A program made the translations under genes and the position numbers. Under the pieces are notes generated by a model. It was not told the origin of the DNA, did not search any database, and saw only the letters and a list, made by a program, of their open reading frames with translations. Of a stretch of 38,069 nucleotides of DNA, positions 1 through 9,210 are shown piece by piece. The stretch is from IMG/VR virus record IMGVR_UViG_3300028629_000024, positions 1 through 38,069 of that record, one strand, 5' to 3'. How positions within the stretch are numbered: position 1 is the stretch's first letter; every line of letters starts with the position of its first letter. Source of the stretch: a virus. Taxonomy: Duplodnaviria; Caudoviricetes.

Positions 1-1914
1 CATATTATTTCTCAGATAAGAACTAATTGCTCCTTTTCTAATAATCATATCATTTGGATTGATATAATTATGAATAGTTTGAATTAAAGATGAAATTTCG
101 ATTTTGTTGAAGAAATGACCTATAGAATCTAGCATTTTAAATCTGTTCTCTTCTGCATATATCTGGCAAAAAATCATGTCAAACAAATAACCGAAAATAT
201 CTTCTCCTTCAAGATATTCCATTTCATTTGACTTAACATTATCTAAACCAAGATCTTTTTTCAACTGGTCAATCTTTGCCTGATATTGTGTTTTATCTTC
301 CGAGCCTTTGATCTTTGCTATTCCTTCTTTTAGATCATCGTATCTCTTCTTTAAGATATTTCCATGAGCACGTTTTTGCCAATACTCACAAACTTTCTTT
401 CCGAGATATCTTGAACCAGAGTGAATGGTTAACCAGACGTTGTTTTCTTCGTCTGTTCCCATTTCAATAAAATGATTACCACCACCAAGAGTTCCCAAAG
501 ATCTAGCAATATATATTGGATCAATATTAATACTCTTACATCTTTGGATAAAATAATCATAATTATAATCTGGAAACTCAATGGTTTTTCCATACTTTTT
601 TTCCCATTGTTTTGCAAATACAGCAATACTTCTTGTTACAAGAACCCACGGAAATTCTTTCATGTTAAAAGGTTTATCATGAATATTGAAACCAAATGGA
701 ATTTTTTCTCTGATAAAATCATCAAGCTTTTGAAGATCTAAATCTTCTTTTTTCATGTTTGAAAATTTTGCTGAAAGCATACCACAATTATGAACAAATA
801 CTCCAGCAGATATTGCAAAATTATGATATTTTTCAACCTGTAAACAATAAACATCTTCTTTTTGAGGTATTGAAGTTACAAATAGAACTTTATGATTATT
901 TGTACAATTTTTAGTATGTCTTGTATAGCCACCCTTTCCTTTAATTTGCCTTCCGCAGTTATTACATGTAAATATAGTATTATTATTTATTTTATTAAAT
1001 TCTACAAAATATTTTGCACCCCTTTTTCCATTATCTTTAATTTTTTCTTTCCATTCTTTATTATTGTTTTGCATATATGTTTTAATATTATTTGTAGCAA
1101 CTAGTTTTTTCTTTTCAGAAAATTTCGGATCATAAAATCCATTTTCTTTTAATTTCTTAATTCTTTTCTGCTTAAATTCATCTGTTGCCATATAATTTCT
1201 TTTCTTTGCATGGTCAGACGAGTGTTTATTTTTATTTACATATTCTAAGTTTGATGGATCATTGTTGAACCATAGTTGATCTATATGGTGTGCATATTCA
1301 TTTTCTTTTCTTTTTCCTAAAAAATATTCAGATACTATATCGTGAGTACATCTTGCTTTTTGTTTAATAGATCTTATCACTTCGTATCCATCTCTAGTTT
1401 GATAAGATCTATATAATGGCATTAAACTATCTTTTGGATTTAAGTCTTTTGCTTCTTTATAATCTCCGTTTATAAGCATAAATTTCTGATCTGGAGTACA
1501 TTTAATTATATCACCACCGCTAATTGCAACAATTACTAACTCTGTATTAGTTCTTGTTTTTAAAGCTTTTGCTTTTCCTGGAACAATATGTCCATTTTCA
1601 TTCATAGAATATACATAAAATTCTTTACCAATAAGATCACCAATTTCATATTGTATTCCATTAAGAAGTGGAATCTTTGTATCTTTTGTAAAACAACCAA
1701 TATCCACACCGATTACATTTGGAATTACTTTGTCTGTTAAAGGCATTGTAAATCCAATTACGGCACCTTTTCCAGCATGAGTATCTGGCATGATGGCTAC
1801 TGGATTTACAAATGCTGGATGGTTTAGAAAGTTTGTGATTTGAGATATGCATTCTGGTTCTACTATATCTATCATCACCTTTGCCGTAGTGTATTTACCC
1901 TTGATTTCAAACAT
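1..1914 (-). CDS. rtcB: RtcB RNA ligase with intein (3' end runs off window)
   Basis: Not in ORF track (no stop in window). Hand translation from ATG 1914 with a GAGGAG RBS: MFEIKGKYTTAKV...IMPDTHAGKGAVIGFT...VIGVDIG[intein]CGM...SLGTLGGGNHFIE...TIHSGSRYLG...IHNY...IIRKGAISS. These are the RtcB metal-binding motifs, and the frame stays open to base 1. Confidence 0.95.
   Translation of the reverse strand, partial: MFEIKGKYTTAKVMIDIVEPECISQITNFLNHPAFVNPVAIMPDTHAGKGAVIGFTMPLTDKVIPNVIGVDIGCFTKDTKIPLLNGIQYEIGDLIGKEFYVYSMNENGHIVPGKAKALKTRTNTELVIVAISGGDIIKCTPDQKFMLINGDYKEAKDLNPKDSLMPLYRSYQTRDGYEVIRSIKQKARCTHDIVSEYFLGKRKENEYAHHIDQLWFNNDPSNLEYVNKNKHSSDHAKKRNYMATDEFKQKRIKKLKENGFYDPKFSEKKKLVATNNIKTYMQNNNKEWKEKIKDNGKRGAKYFVEFNKINNNTIFTCNNCGRQIKGKGGYTRHTKNCTNNHKVLFVTSIPQKEDVYCLQVEKYHNFAISAGVFVHNCGMLSAKFSNMKKEDLDLQKLDDFIREKIPFGFNIHDKPFNMKEFPWVLVTRSIAVFAKQWEKKYGKTIEFPDYNYDYFIQRCKSINIDPIYIARSLGTLGGGNHFIEMGTDEENNVWLTIHSGSRYLGKKVCEYWQKRAHGNILKKRYDDLKEGIAKIKGSEDKTQYQAKIDQLKKDLGLDNVKSNEMEYLEGEDIFGYLFDMIFCQIYAEENRFKMLDSIGHFFNKIEISSLIQTIHNYINPNDMIIRKGAISSYLRNNM
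787..1695 (-). mobile_element. Intein (303 aa) with HNH endonuclease and C2HC zinc finger, inserted in RtcB
   Basis: Block A CFTKDTKIPLLNG; block B IKCTPDQKFM; HNH AHHIDQLWFNNDPSNLEY; zinc finger CNNCGRQIKGKGGYTRHTKNC; blocks F/G EDVYCLQVEKYHNFAISAGVFVHN followed by extein Cys. Confidence 0.93.
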
Positions 1915-1917
1915 TTA

Positions 1918-2199
1918 TTACTCCTCATTTTCTTTCAATAGTGCTGTTAATGAATTAACTAGCATATTTCTAACTTCTTCTACCTTTTTAATCTTTTTAT
2001 GATATTCTTCAATATTCTGTTTTATTATTTGAAAATAATCAGGTAGATATCCACCATATAAATCCATACAACCAATAAGTTTCCATATCTCTAAAAAGAG
2101 ATTTTGAACTTCAGGAGGAAGTTTTTTTGCAGCATACTTTACATTTTTTGTTGTTGGAATTTTTTTTCCATCAACAATAAAATATTGTCTCTTTTTCAT
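1918..2199 (-). CDS. hypothetical protein
   Basis: ORF track; GGAG RBS; abuts the rtcB start. Confidence 0.7.
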   Translation of the reverse strand: MKKRQYFIVDGKKIPTTKNVKYAAKKLPPEVQNLFLEIWKLIGCMDLYGGYLPDYFQIIKQNIEEYHKKIKKVEEVRNMLVNSLTALLKENEE

Positions 2200-2200
2200 C

Positions 2201-2380
2201 TCAATCTCCTGCTTTTAATTCTACCTTTGAAGAAAATGCCCTTGCTTCTTCTGTATAATGATATTTCATTTCAGTTACAGATACTAGTTGAAATATTCTT
2301 TCTCCATTGACAGATGTAATTTCAACTGGCGCTTCCTCATCACATTTTTGAAGTAACTCAATTAGTTGTTTTACTTTCAT
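2201..2380 (-). CDS. small hypothetical phage protein (59 aa)
   Basis: Hand-found ORF MKVKQLIELLQKCDEEAPVEI...KAGD; fills the gap between co-directional genes and has a common phage MKVKxLIExL start. Confidence 0.7.
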   Translation of the reverse strand: MKVKQLIELLQKCDEEAPVEITSVNGERIFQLVSVTEMKYHYTEEARAFSSKVELKAGD

Positions 2381-2573
2381 TTTTCTTCTCCAATTTTATT
2401 TTTACATCTTTAATAACAAGTTCTATATCTACATCATAATCCCCATCACGAGGATCAACTTTCAGTCTTGTGATATGATATCTTTCTTTTATGTCTTTAA
2501 CTATTTTATCTTTTAACTCTTTCATCCCGTTACATTCTTCTGAGTAATCACCATTGTAAAGTTCATAAAACAT
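2358..2573 (-). CDS. hypothetical protein
   Basis: ORF track; co-directional packing. Confidence 0.6.
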   Translation of the reverse strand: MFYELYNGDYSEECNGMKELKDKIVKDIKERYHITRLKVDPRDGDYDVDIELVIKDVKIKLEKKNESKTTN

Positions 2574-2588
2574 TATATTATACCCTTG

Positions 2589-2616
2589 AAGGGTGGGTCT
2601 ATTTCAACCCACCCTT
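2589..2616. terminator. intergenic hairpin, possible terminator
   Basis: Perfect 10-bp stem AAGGGTGGGT/ACCCACCCTT. The T-run is on the + side, opposite to the local gene direction. Confidence 0.5.
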
Positions 2617-2624
2617 TTTGTCTT

Positions 2625-2831
2625 TTAAAGTTTTTCTCTCTTCTCTTTATATTCAACACATTTTTCATAAAGAGAATTACATTTCCGTTCTGCTAGTTCC
2701 ACTTTTGGATTGATATAAGAAGCAAGACTATGACCACAATCATATTTATCTCGCATACAATTGTAGAAATAATATGCTCTTCTCAATCTCAACTTGTAAA
2801 ACATTTCACATATCCAATACCAGATCTTCAT
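2625..2831 (-). CDS. hypothetical protein
   Basis: ORF track; AGGAGG RBS upstream. Confidence 0.7.
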   Translation of the reverse strand: MKIWYWICEMFYKLRLRRAYYFYNCMRDKYDCGHSLASYINPKVELAERKCNSLYEKCVEYKEKREKL

Positions 2832-2840
2832 GTTATCCTC

Positions 2841-3890
2841 CTATAACTCAAATGGGCAACATGCAGGATCTTTAAGAAGTTGTTCTCTGAATTTCTTGAA
2901 AATATCAGAGTTATTCCAGACCTCTTTAATGGTCTTTCCTTCAAGAGGAATTCCATACTCACTCCCTCCAAATGAGCATGGAATCATCCTCATATCAGGA
3001 GAAATATACATAGACATTCTTGCCCCCTCACAAGTGTCCATGCTTTCTTCCTCCCTCCTGGTCAAATGAACACCAGATTTCTTGACCTTGTTGACAAGAC
3101 ATGAATCCATACCAAGCTTGAAATTCATTTTTCTTGTCAGTCTCAATACAGCAAGTTTTTTGTCAAAAATACCATGACAGAAAGCTTTTAGACCATCTGT
3201 ATTGATAATCCAGTCAAGATTCTTTGCTCGCCCTTGTGGTTTGAAAAGGAGAAACACTATTGCATTGAGTTTCTCAGTGTTTACCCTTCCCGCCCACATA
3301 TCATCACCTAATAGAATTCCTATTGCTTTTAGAAAAGTTTTCTTTGACAATAGAAAATGAATATTGGTTTTGATTCCGGCATTGATAAATCTGTTGATAG
3401 CTGAATATGTATAATCTTGTTCATAATCAGAAACAGCTACTGCACCACACATCTTTGAGATTTCAATCTGCTCATCTGTCAGATTTAATCCACTCGTAGT
3501 GTAGTTTGGAATAATGTCATTCTTGATACAATATTCAACTATTTCCTTGAAGTTTTCGTGTTCGTTTGGTGAACCACGACCACCGAGAGCAATCTGGTTT
3601 ACGTATTCCTTACTCTCGTCAACGATTCTCTTGAAGTTTTCAAGAGACATGTTTGGTTTTTGGTCATCTCCTTGATAACAAAACTCACAACGATTACTAC
3701 AATGCCCCATGATACCAATATCCATAAGACTTGGGTAGTAGAGAGAAAATGGATCTGGATGACCATTGATTCCTTCAAGTTCTTCCCTTCCAGTTGCCAT
3801 ATTGAAAGTAATTTTGTATCTGTCTGTCTCAACTTTCTTAATTCTTGGTTCTACAGAAGAGGTAATAACATATTGTTTTTCGTCAGGCAT
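2841..3890 (-). CDS. radical SAM protein with SPASM/twitch-like C-terminus
   Basis: CSNRCEFC (CxxxCxxC), ALGGRGSP, C-terminal CEGAR..MYISPDMRMIPCSF and CCP. Confidence 0.9.
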   Translation of the reverse strand: MPDEKQYVITSSVEPRIKKVETDRYKITFNMATGREELEGINGHPDPFSLYYPSLMDIGIMGHCSNRCEFCYQGDDQKPNMSLENFKRIVDESKEYVNQIALGGRGSPNEHENFKEIVEYCIKNDIIPNYTTSGLNLTDEQIEISKMCGAVAVSDYEQDYTYSAINRFINAGIKTNIHFLLSKKTFLKAIGILLGDDMWAGRVNTEKLNAIVFLLFKPQGRAKNLDWIINTDGLKAFCHGIFDKKLAVLRLTRKMNFKLGMDSCLVNKVKKSGVHLTRREEESMDTCEGARMSMYISPDMRMIPCSFGGSEYGIPLEGKTIKEVWNNSDIFKKFREQLLKDPACCPFEL

Positions 3891-4824
3891 TTTCCATTCC
3901 TTTCAAATATGTTTTGTTTATACTGATACAAAGAGAATCAACTCCAAGAGAGTTTGGTTTATCCGGTAATTTAGATGTTTTATAGTACATCTCAAATTTC
4001 TCTTCATAAACTTCCATTTCTCTGTATAGCTGATCGTATGATAATGCACCACTTCTTATTTCTAGTAGATATTTTGCATCAGGTCTAGGAAATGTAATTG
4101 TTCCATTTAAAAGTAACTCTTCTCCTTCAGAAATCAATCTGATTAAATGTGATGCATGTTTTGTATCATATCCAAATTTCTCTTCTAGTTTTGCTCTTTC
4201 TGGATTTCTATTTTTCTTCCAGGTTTGATAACTATCCCACTCCCTTCTAGCATTTTTATATGCTTTGTTTTTAGTTACCAGTTTCATTAGATCTTCAGAA
4301 ACTATTATATGATTTGGTTGAGATTGTAAAGACTCAAACGCACCAAGATCATCATCAGACATTCTAGTTTCTCTTGAAAGACCATAATCTTCTGGAGCAG
4401 GTTCTTTTAAAGGTGGGTGTAATAACCAGTTACGATGGGTTTTAATTCTTTTGAATTGACTGTGAGCATAACCAAGAAAAGTGTATTTGGCTTTTTTTGA
4501 CAAAAATAAATTTCTGTTTTGGTGAATGAGTAACCATTCATCTGTTGCAACTTCCCACATTTTTTCCGGGACAAAAAGAAGTTCAATGATATTAGGATTG
4601 CTATCTAGAGCAAGATGCAAGAATTTCCTAATCTCAAAATATGTTTCATCATTCTTTTTGTCTTCGTATTGTTCAGTTGATAAAAGACATCCATAGAAGT
4701 ATCTTTCATCTGGAATAAAAACACCTCTATAATCTATGTCTGATAGTGGGGTATTGGTTCCATATAAATGACTACCCGCTTTGCACTTGAAAATAAGTTT
4801 AAAGCTATTAGGCAGTTCAATCAT
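3883..4824 (-). CDS. pol-beta superfamily nucleotidyltransferase (RlaP/Nuc-transf-like)
   Basis: AGSHLYGTNTPLSDIDYRGVF (GS...DxD), NPNIIELL, YDTKHASHLIRL. Start moved to ATG 4824, which has a GAGG RBS. Confidence 0.85.
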   Translation of the reverse strand: MIELPNSFKLIFKCKAGSHLYGTNTPLSDIDYRGVFIPDERYFYGCLLSTEQYEDKKNDETYFEIRKFLHLALDSNPNIIELLFVPEKMWEVATDEWLLIHQNRNLFLSKKAKYTFLGYAHSQFKRIKTHRNWLLHPPLKEPAPEDYGLSRETRMSDDDLGAFESLQSQPNHIIVSEDLMKLVTKNKAYKNARREWDSYQTWKKNRNPERAKLEEKFGYDTKHASHLIRLISEGEELLLNGTITFPRPDAKYLLEIRSGALSYDQLYREMEVYEEKFEMYYKTSKLPDKPNSLGVDSLCISINKTYLKGMENA

Positions 4825-4825
4825 T

Positions 4826-5317
4826 TTAATCCTCTTCTCTAAATTCAATTCCAAATTTCTTACAATCTACACCTTTCCATTCTGCTAAAGCTTTTTTTGT
4901 TGTTTCTCCGTTTGTATTTATCCAGCAATCAGTTTCTCTGGCATGCTGTGGTCTAACAGGATATATTTTACACTCTTTTTTCTTCTTGTCGAAAAATACA
5001 CAATATCCTGTGTCATAAGTTCTATCCGAATCAATGAATGTTCCTGTTATGTCGAGTTGTGTTTCTTTGGCGGGAAAAATAAATTTATTCATCCAGTCAT
5101 ATGAATCACAAACGAAATATTTTTCAACCATTTCGTTTACTTTCATTTTTAGAAACTTTGCAATTTCTTTAAGTTCTTCTGGTGTTGGAATACATGGTCT
5201 CATTCCACAACAATATCCACATTTAAGGCATTCTTCTTTTTTGAGATCTAAAGCTCGTTTTCCTTGAAGTTTTTTTAGCCATGCATCATACGACATTGCT
5301 CTGGATAACCACCTCAT
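4826..5317 (-). CDS. YkgJ-family cysteine-cluster protein
   Basis: CLKCGYCC ... CVFFD...CKIYPVRP...C. Confidence 0.85.
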   Translation of the reverse strand: MRWLSRAMSYDAWLKKLQGKRALDLKKEECLKCGYCCGMRPCIPTPEELKEIAKFLKMKVNEMVEKYFVCDSYDWMNKFIFPAKETQLDITGTFIDSDRTYDTGYCVFFDKKKKECKIYPVRPQHARETDCWINTNGETTKKALAEWKGVDCKKFGIEFREED

Positions 5318-5742
5318 TTTTTATTCCCTTTCTTAACTTTCTTAAATCCTTCTTCTATTGCTGAGTGAATTTTTCTTAGAATCTTTTTTCCTGTTTCTTC
5401 TCTACCTGTAAACGAAATATTATCATCATCAAAATCAAATTTTCTATATAAAACTTGCTTTTCGTATCTTGTAAGAACTGAATGTATTGCTGTAAAACAA
5501 CCAATAATATTACGAAATTCCAAGACACCAAATGGACAAACTTCGCATAATTTTGTACTATAGTTAGTTAAGAGTAATGCATTGTCACAAAATATACATC
5601 TCGCATTATTTTTGTATTCCATATAATCATAGTAAGTATTTTCTACTTTCTTAAATCTTTTTGGATCAAATCTTTTTAGAAGTTTTTCATACTCTTTTTC
5701 CGTAAGATAAATATCTTTTCCCTTAATCTTTGCATATCTCAT
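5314..5742 (-). CDS. Cys-rich hypothetical protein
   Basis: CIFC...CEVCP...GC; ATGA overlaps with both neighbours. Confidence 0.7.
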   Translation of the reverse strand: MRYAKIKGKDIYLTEKEYEKLLKRFDPKRFKKVENTYYDYMEYKNNARCIFCDNALLLTNYSTKLCEVCPFGVLEFRNIIGCFTAIHSVLTRYEKQVLYRKFDFDDDNISFTGREETGKKILRKIHSAIEEGFKKVKKGNKK

Positions 5743-6065
5743 TTCTTAAATTTCCTTTCTTCTTTGATTATTGTTAAGATTCCATTTTCACTTTTTGAAA
5801 TTCTATAATCTATTGATATAATTCCTGTTATACGATATGATTCTAATAAAAATGATCTATTTTTTAAATAGTTAATATTTTCTTCTATTAAATCATATGC
5901 ATCATTTAAAGTTTCTGCGTCTCCTAATAATGTTGTGCACTTTTCATATACCTGTGTAAATTGTATATATGCAATACTTATTTTTTCAACTATAAATAAT
6001 TCTTTACTTCTATTTCTTAGTTTCTCTCCTAGTTCTTTAGATATTACAAGTTCTTCCATTTTCAT
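5739..6065 (-). CDS. hypothetical protein
   Basis: ORF track; AAGGTG RBS-like sequence upstream. Confidence 0.65.
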   Translation of the reverse strand: MKMEELVISKELGEKLRNRSKELFIVEKISIAYIQFTQVYEKCTTLLGDAETLNDAYDLIEENINYLKNRSFLLESYRITGIISIDYRISKSENGILTIIKEERKFKK

Positions 6066-6096
6066 GCTTAAAATTTCACCTTTCTATTACTTCATA

Positions 6097-6142
6097 CCTT
6101 CCGGATGAAGTTTCTATTTTTTAGATAACTTCATCCGGAAGG
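6097..6142. repeat. long perfect inverted repeat downstream of cca
   Basis: CCTTCCGGATGAAGTT (6097-6112) / AACTTCATCCGGAAGG (6127-6142), a 16-bp stem. Confidence 0.85.
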
Positions 6143-6150
6143 ATTCTTAC

Positions 6151-7524
6151 TTAAAACTCTAAGCGAACTGCATTGGTTTTTCTGCAATGGTTTAATTCCT
6201 CCAGAACTAATTTTTCGAGTGACTCCTTATTATTTAGTTCTGGATTTTCAACTACTTTATCTAAAATAAAAGTTAACATTTTTCCAACTTCTCTACCAGG
6301 TTTTAATCCAGTAAGATTCATTATATCATTCCCATTTAAAGCTAAATGGGAAAAAGAAGATACCGGATTTTTTCTTTCTACTTCCGTTTTAAACGCTTTA
6401 TAAAGATTGTACACATCTCGTAGACCATAATAGCGATTTGTTTTGAAATTCCCCCTACGATCACTCACAGAAAGCCTGAGTAGACTTTTATAAGGGATTC
6501 CTGCATCATTGAGCATCACCAATGTTCTTCTAACTGATTTTGGTGATAATCTCTCGTATGAAATCCTCATATGAAGTCTAATCAAGTTTGAAATAAAGGA
6601 AATATCCTTATTTGAGAATCTCAAAATTTTAAGTTCTTTTTCTACTTGGTCTGCACCAACACTCTCGTGATCCTTGAACCAAACGTCGTTTGTTCTAGGA
6701 TTGATTTCACATGCAATTGGTTTTCCAACATCATGTAAATATGAAGCTAATTTGATTAATGGATACTTCGTTGAAACACTATCTCCAGACATCATGTTAT
6801 GATAAAATACATCTTCAACATGATATGGACCGTGTTCGTGATTCCAACATTCTGCTAGAGATGGAAAAATGAACTCAAGAACACCAATATCCCATAATGC
6901 CTTGAAGAATACTGATGCCTTCTTGATTTTCATTGCCTTCATGATTTCGAGTTTTATTCTCTCCTTATCCACATGCTCAGGAACATACATGGAATAGAAA
7001 AGAAGAGCTCTAAAGGTCTCGTCCTCAAAAGTTCCATCAATTTGAGCCAGGAATCTACAAGCTCTAATAATTCGATTTGGGTCTTCATATATTCTGAATT
7101 TTGCTTCCCCAACGAATCTGATAATTCTGTTTTTGAGATCTTCCTTTCCATTGACATAATCAATAATCCTTTCTTCAAATGGATCATATGCCATTGCGTT
7201 TATTGTTAGATCTCTTCTTAATACGTCTTCTTCAAGAGTTTTTGCTGGTTTGATTATTACATCGTGAGCATCAAATCCTTTGTATGTATCTGTCCGATAA
7301 GTAGCCACTTCAATTCCATCAATAAAAGAAACCAAAAAAGATTTTCCTTCTGCCTTATAAGTTGCATCTTTGAAAATTTCTTTAATCTCTTCCGGAGATG
7401 CAGAAGTAGCTATATCCTTATCTTTGGGTTTTAATCCCATTAACATGTCTCGGACTGCTCCACCGACAATATATGCTTCAAATCCTTTCTTTCTGAGTCT
7501 CTCAATAATTTGCTCAGCAGTCAT
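6151..7524 (-). CDS. cca: class II tRNA nucleotidyltransferase (CCA-adding) with HD domain
   Basis: GGAVRD..KDKDIAT, EVATYR, EEDVLRRDLTINAM, EDPNRIIRACRF, HD motif LHDVGKP. Start moved to ATG 7524 (GAGG RBS). Confidence 0.9.
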   Translation of the reverse strand: MTAEQIIERLRKKGFEAYIVGGAVRDMLMGLKPKDKDIATSASPEEIKEIFKDATYKAEGKSFLVSFIDGIEVATYRTDTYKGFDAHDVIIKPAKTLEEDVLRRDLTINAMAYDPFEERIIDYVNGKEDLKNRIIRFVGEAKFRIYEDPNRIIRACRFLAQIDGTFEDETFRALLFYSMYVPEHVDKERIKLEIMKAMKIKKASVFFKALWDIGVLEFIFPSLAECWNHEHGPYHVEDVFYHNMMSGDSVSTKYPLIKLASYLHDVGKPIACEINPRTNDVWFKDHESVGADQVEKELKILRFSNKDISFISNLIRLHMRISYERLSPKSVRRTLVMLNDAGIPYKSLLRLSVSDRRGNFKTNRYYGLRDVYNLYKAFKTEVERKNPVSSFSHLALNGNDIMNLTGLKPGREVGKMLTFILDKVVENPELNNKESLEKLVLEELNHCRKTNAVRLEF

Positions 7525-7525
7525 T

Positions 7526-7996
7526 TTATCCTCTACTTTTAAATCGTTTAAATGAATCACTAATAGTTAAAGTTTCTGAGAAAGAATCTTTAATAAAGAT
7601 AAATTCCACCTTGTCAAGAATTTCTTCTTTTTCTAATCTATCTTTAATAGTTTCCATAAAACTTTCTGCTTTTTCACAAGTAAAAGTTTTACTTATGTAT
7701 AGATAAACTTTGAACTCTGTAACTTCACCGTGAGTTTTATCTTTACATTTTATATCGAACTTAAATATTATTTTGTATTTTTTAAATGTATACCCAAGTT
7801 GTTTTATTTTACATTTTAAACCAAACCATGAGTATGTTTTTTCTTCTTCTGTAATTTTTTCTCCTTCCTCTAAAGGATCTTTCTCTGCAATGTATGAAGT
7901 CCATGCTTCTCTCAAATGAGTAGAATTTGGAAATAGTTTTTTCGCTTCTTCTATGAACATTTCTTTAAACCATTCATATGTCATTAGTTTCTTCAT
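7526..7996 (-). CDS. hypothetical protein
   Basis: ORF track; start set at the ATGA overlap. Confidence 0.65.
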   Translation of the reverse strand: MKKLMTYEWFKEMFIEEAKKLFPNSTHLREAWTSYIAEKDPLEEGEKITEEEKTYSWFGLKCKIKQLGYTFKKYKIIFKFDIKCKDKTHGEVTEFKVYLYISKTFTCEKAESFMETIKDRLEKEEILDKVEFIFIKDSFSETLTISDSFKRFKSRG

Positions 7997-8193
7997 GCTC
8001 GATTCCACCTCTTTGGATTCTTCATTAGTTCTCTATAATGTTTATTTCTTTGAATTTCCACAGCTGACTCTTCAAATAATTCCATTGGAGTTCCTGGATT
8101 TCCAATACACCTACATTCTGCTGAATGATGTTCTGGAGATAACTGTGGACAAACCATATTACACACACTACATAGATACCAATTTTGTTTCAT
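7993..8193 (-). CDS. small Cys-rich (possible Zn-binding) protein
   Basis: MKQNWYLCSVC...CRC; ATGA overlaps on both sides. Confidence 0.6.
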   Translation of the reverse strand: MKQNWYLCSVCNMVCPQLSPEHHSAECRCIGNPGTPMELFEESAVEIQRNKHYRELMKNPKRWNRA

Positions 8194-8546
8194 TTGAACA
8201 CCCCTGCAAATAATTGGACTGTCAAAATCAAAACACATGTATGTAAAAACTGGTCAAATCCAATGGTTGAAAAAAACGCATGAATTTTATTGTTTGTATA
8301 GTAATATGTCGTAATTTTACTTGTTATACCATCTATAATAAGATGAGCACTCCCATTTACGATTGCAATTTTAGCTGCCATTTCTAAATCTATAGCAACT
8401 AATAAGATAACCATAACACAGGTGTAAATTATACAATGCTCAACCAACGCGTTAAGATCCTTACTTTTTCTTTCTGCTATCTTTCTTGATTGAAAAAGAA
8501 AGTCAGCAACCCAATGACAGAAAAAAACATAAATCAATGTTGTCAT
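8190..8546 (-). CDS. DUF3307-like membrane protein
   Basis: HWVADFLFQ, H..IY, HLIID, GFDQFLH pattern. Confidence 0.85.
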   Translation of the reverse strand: MTTLIYVFFCHWVADFLFQSRKIAERKSKDLNALVEHCIIYTCVMVILLVAIDLEMAAKIAIVNGSAHLIIDGITSKITTYYYTNNKIHAFFSTIGFDQFLHTCVLILTVQLFAGVFK

Positions 8547-8558
8547 ATTTATCCTTTT

Positions 8559-9185
8559 CTAAATGTATGGAGGAATATGTAATACATCTTCAAATGTAGA
8601 AGTATCACTACTATAAAAATTGAAATAAACATATGCTTTAGCATATATAAAATCATATCTCAATGGGGTTGCTTTTGATATAGACTCAATTGTTTTTGCT
8701 GCTGTCCAATCAAGATCAATCCATTCTCCATCAGATTCTCTTTTATATGCTGTCCACATATGTCCAGAATAATGACTAAATACTAACTTTCCTTTTACAC
8801 TTTTATAGTTTCTTGTAATTCCCCCATAAGTTCTTATATTTTCTGGTTTAACTCCAACATGAAGGAGCATTGAATGAATGAGAAATGCACCATCCTCACA
8901 ATCCCCATGTAGAGTTCTAAATGATTCGTTTGCTGGAACCCAATAGTCAAATTTATCATAGAGTTCAAAATCATCAACATATCTGAAGTTTCTAGTTACC
9001 CAATTATATATTTTGGTAACTTTTTCATCTTCTGATTTCGACTCTCCTATGATTATATTTGACAGTACTGACAAATTATCAGTCGGATATGAAAGGTAAT
9101 GTTGATAGTTAATATCATCAAACCAGCAAAAATTCGATGCATATTTTAATTCTACTCCTTGGTGAGAAGATAGTATAAATAGCAT
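8559..9185 (-). CDS. transglutaminase-like cysteine protease domain protein
   Basis: GDCEDGA, GHMW, WIDLD (Cys-His-Asp triad); start uncertain. Confidence 0.8.
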   Translation of the reverse strand: MLFILSSHQGVELKYASNFCWFDDINYQHYLSYPTDNLSVLSNIIIGESKSEDEKVTKIYNWVTRNFRYVDDFELYDKFDYWVPANESFRTLHGDCEDGAFLIHSMLLHVGVKPENIRTYGGITRNYKSVKGKLVFSHYSGHMWTAYKRESDGEWIDLDWTAAKTIESISKATPLRYDFIYAKAYVYFNFYSSDTSTFEDVLHIPPYI

Positions 9186-9210
9186 TAAACATGCAAGTGC
9201 TGTTACTGGT

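Noticed and set aside
429-1852. Four short ORFs in the track (429-626, 472-741, 892-1104, 1661-1852)
   Set aside because: All are shadows of the rtcB/intein frame 1914 to 1.
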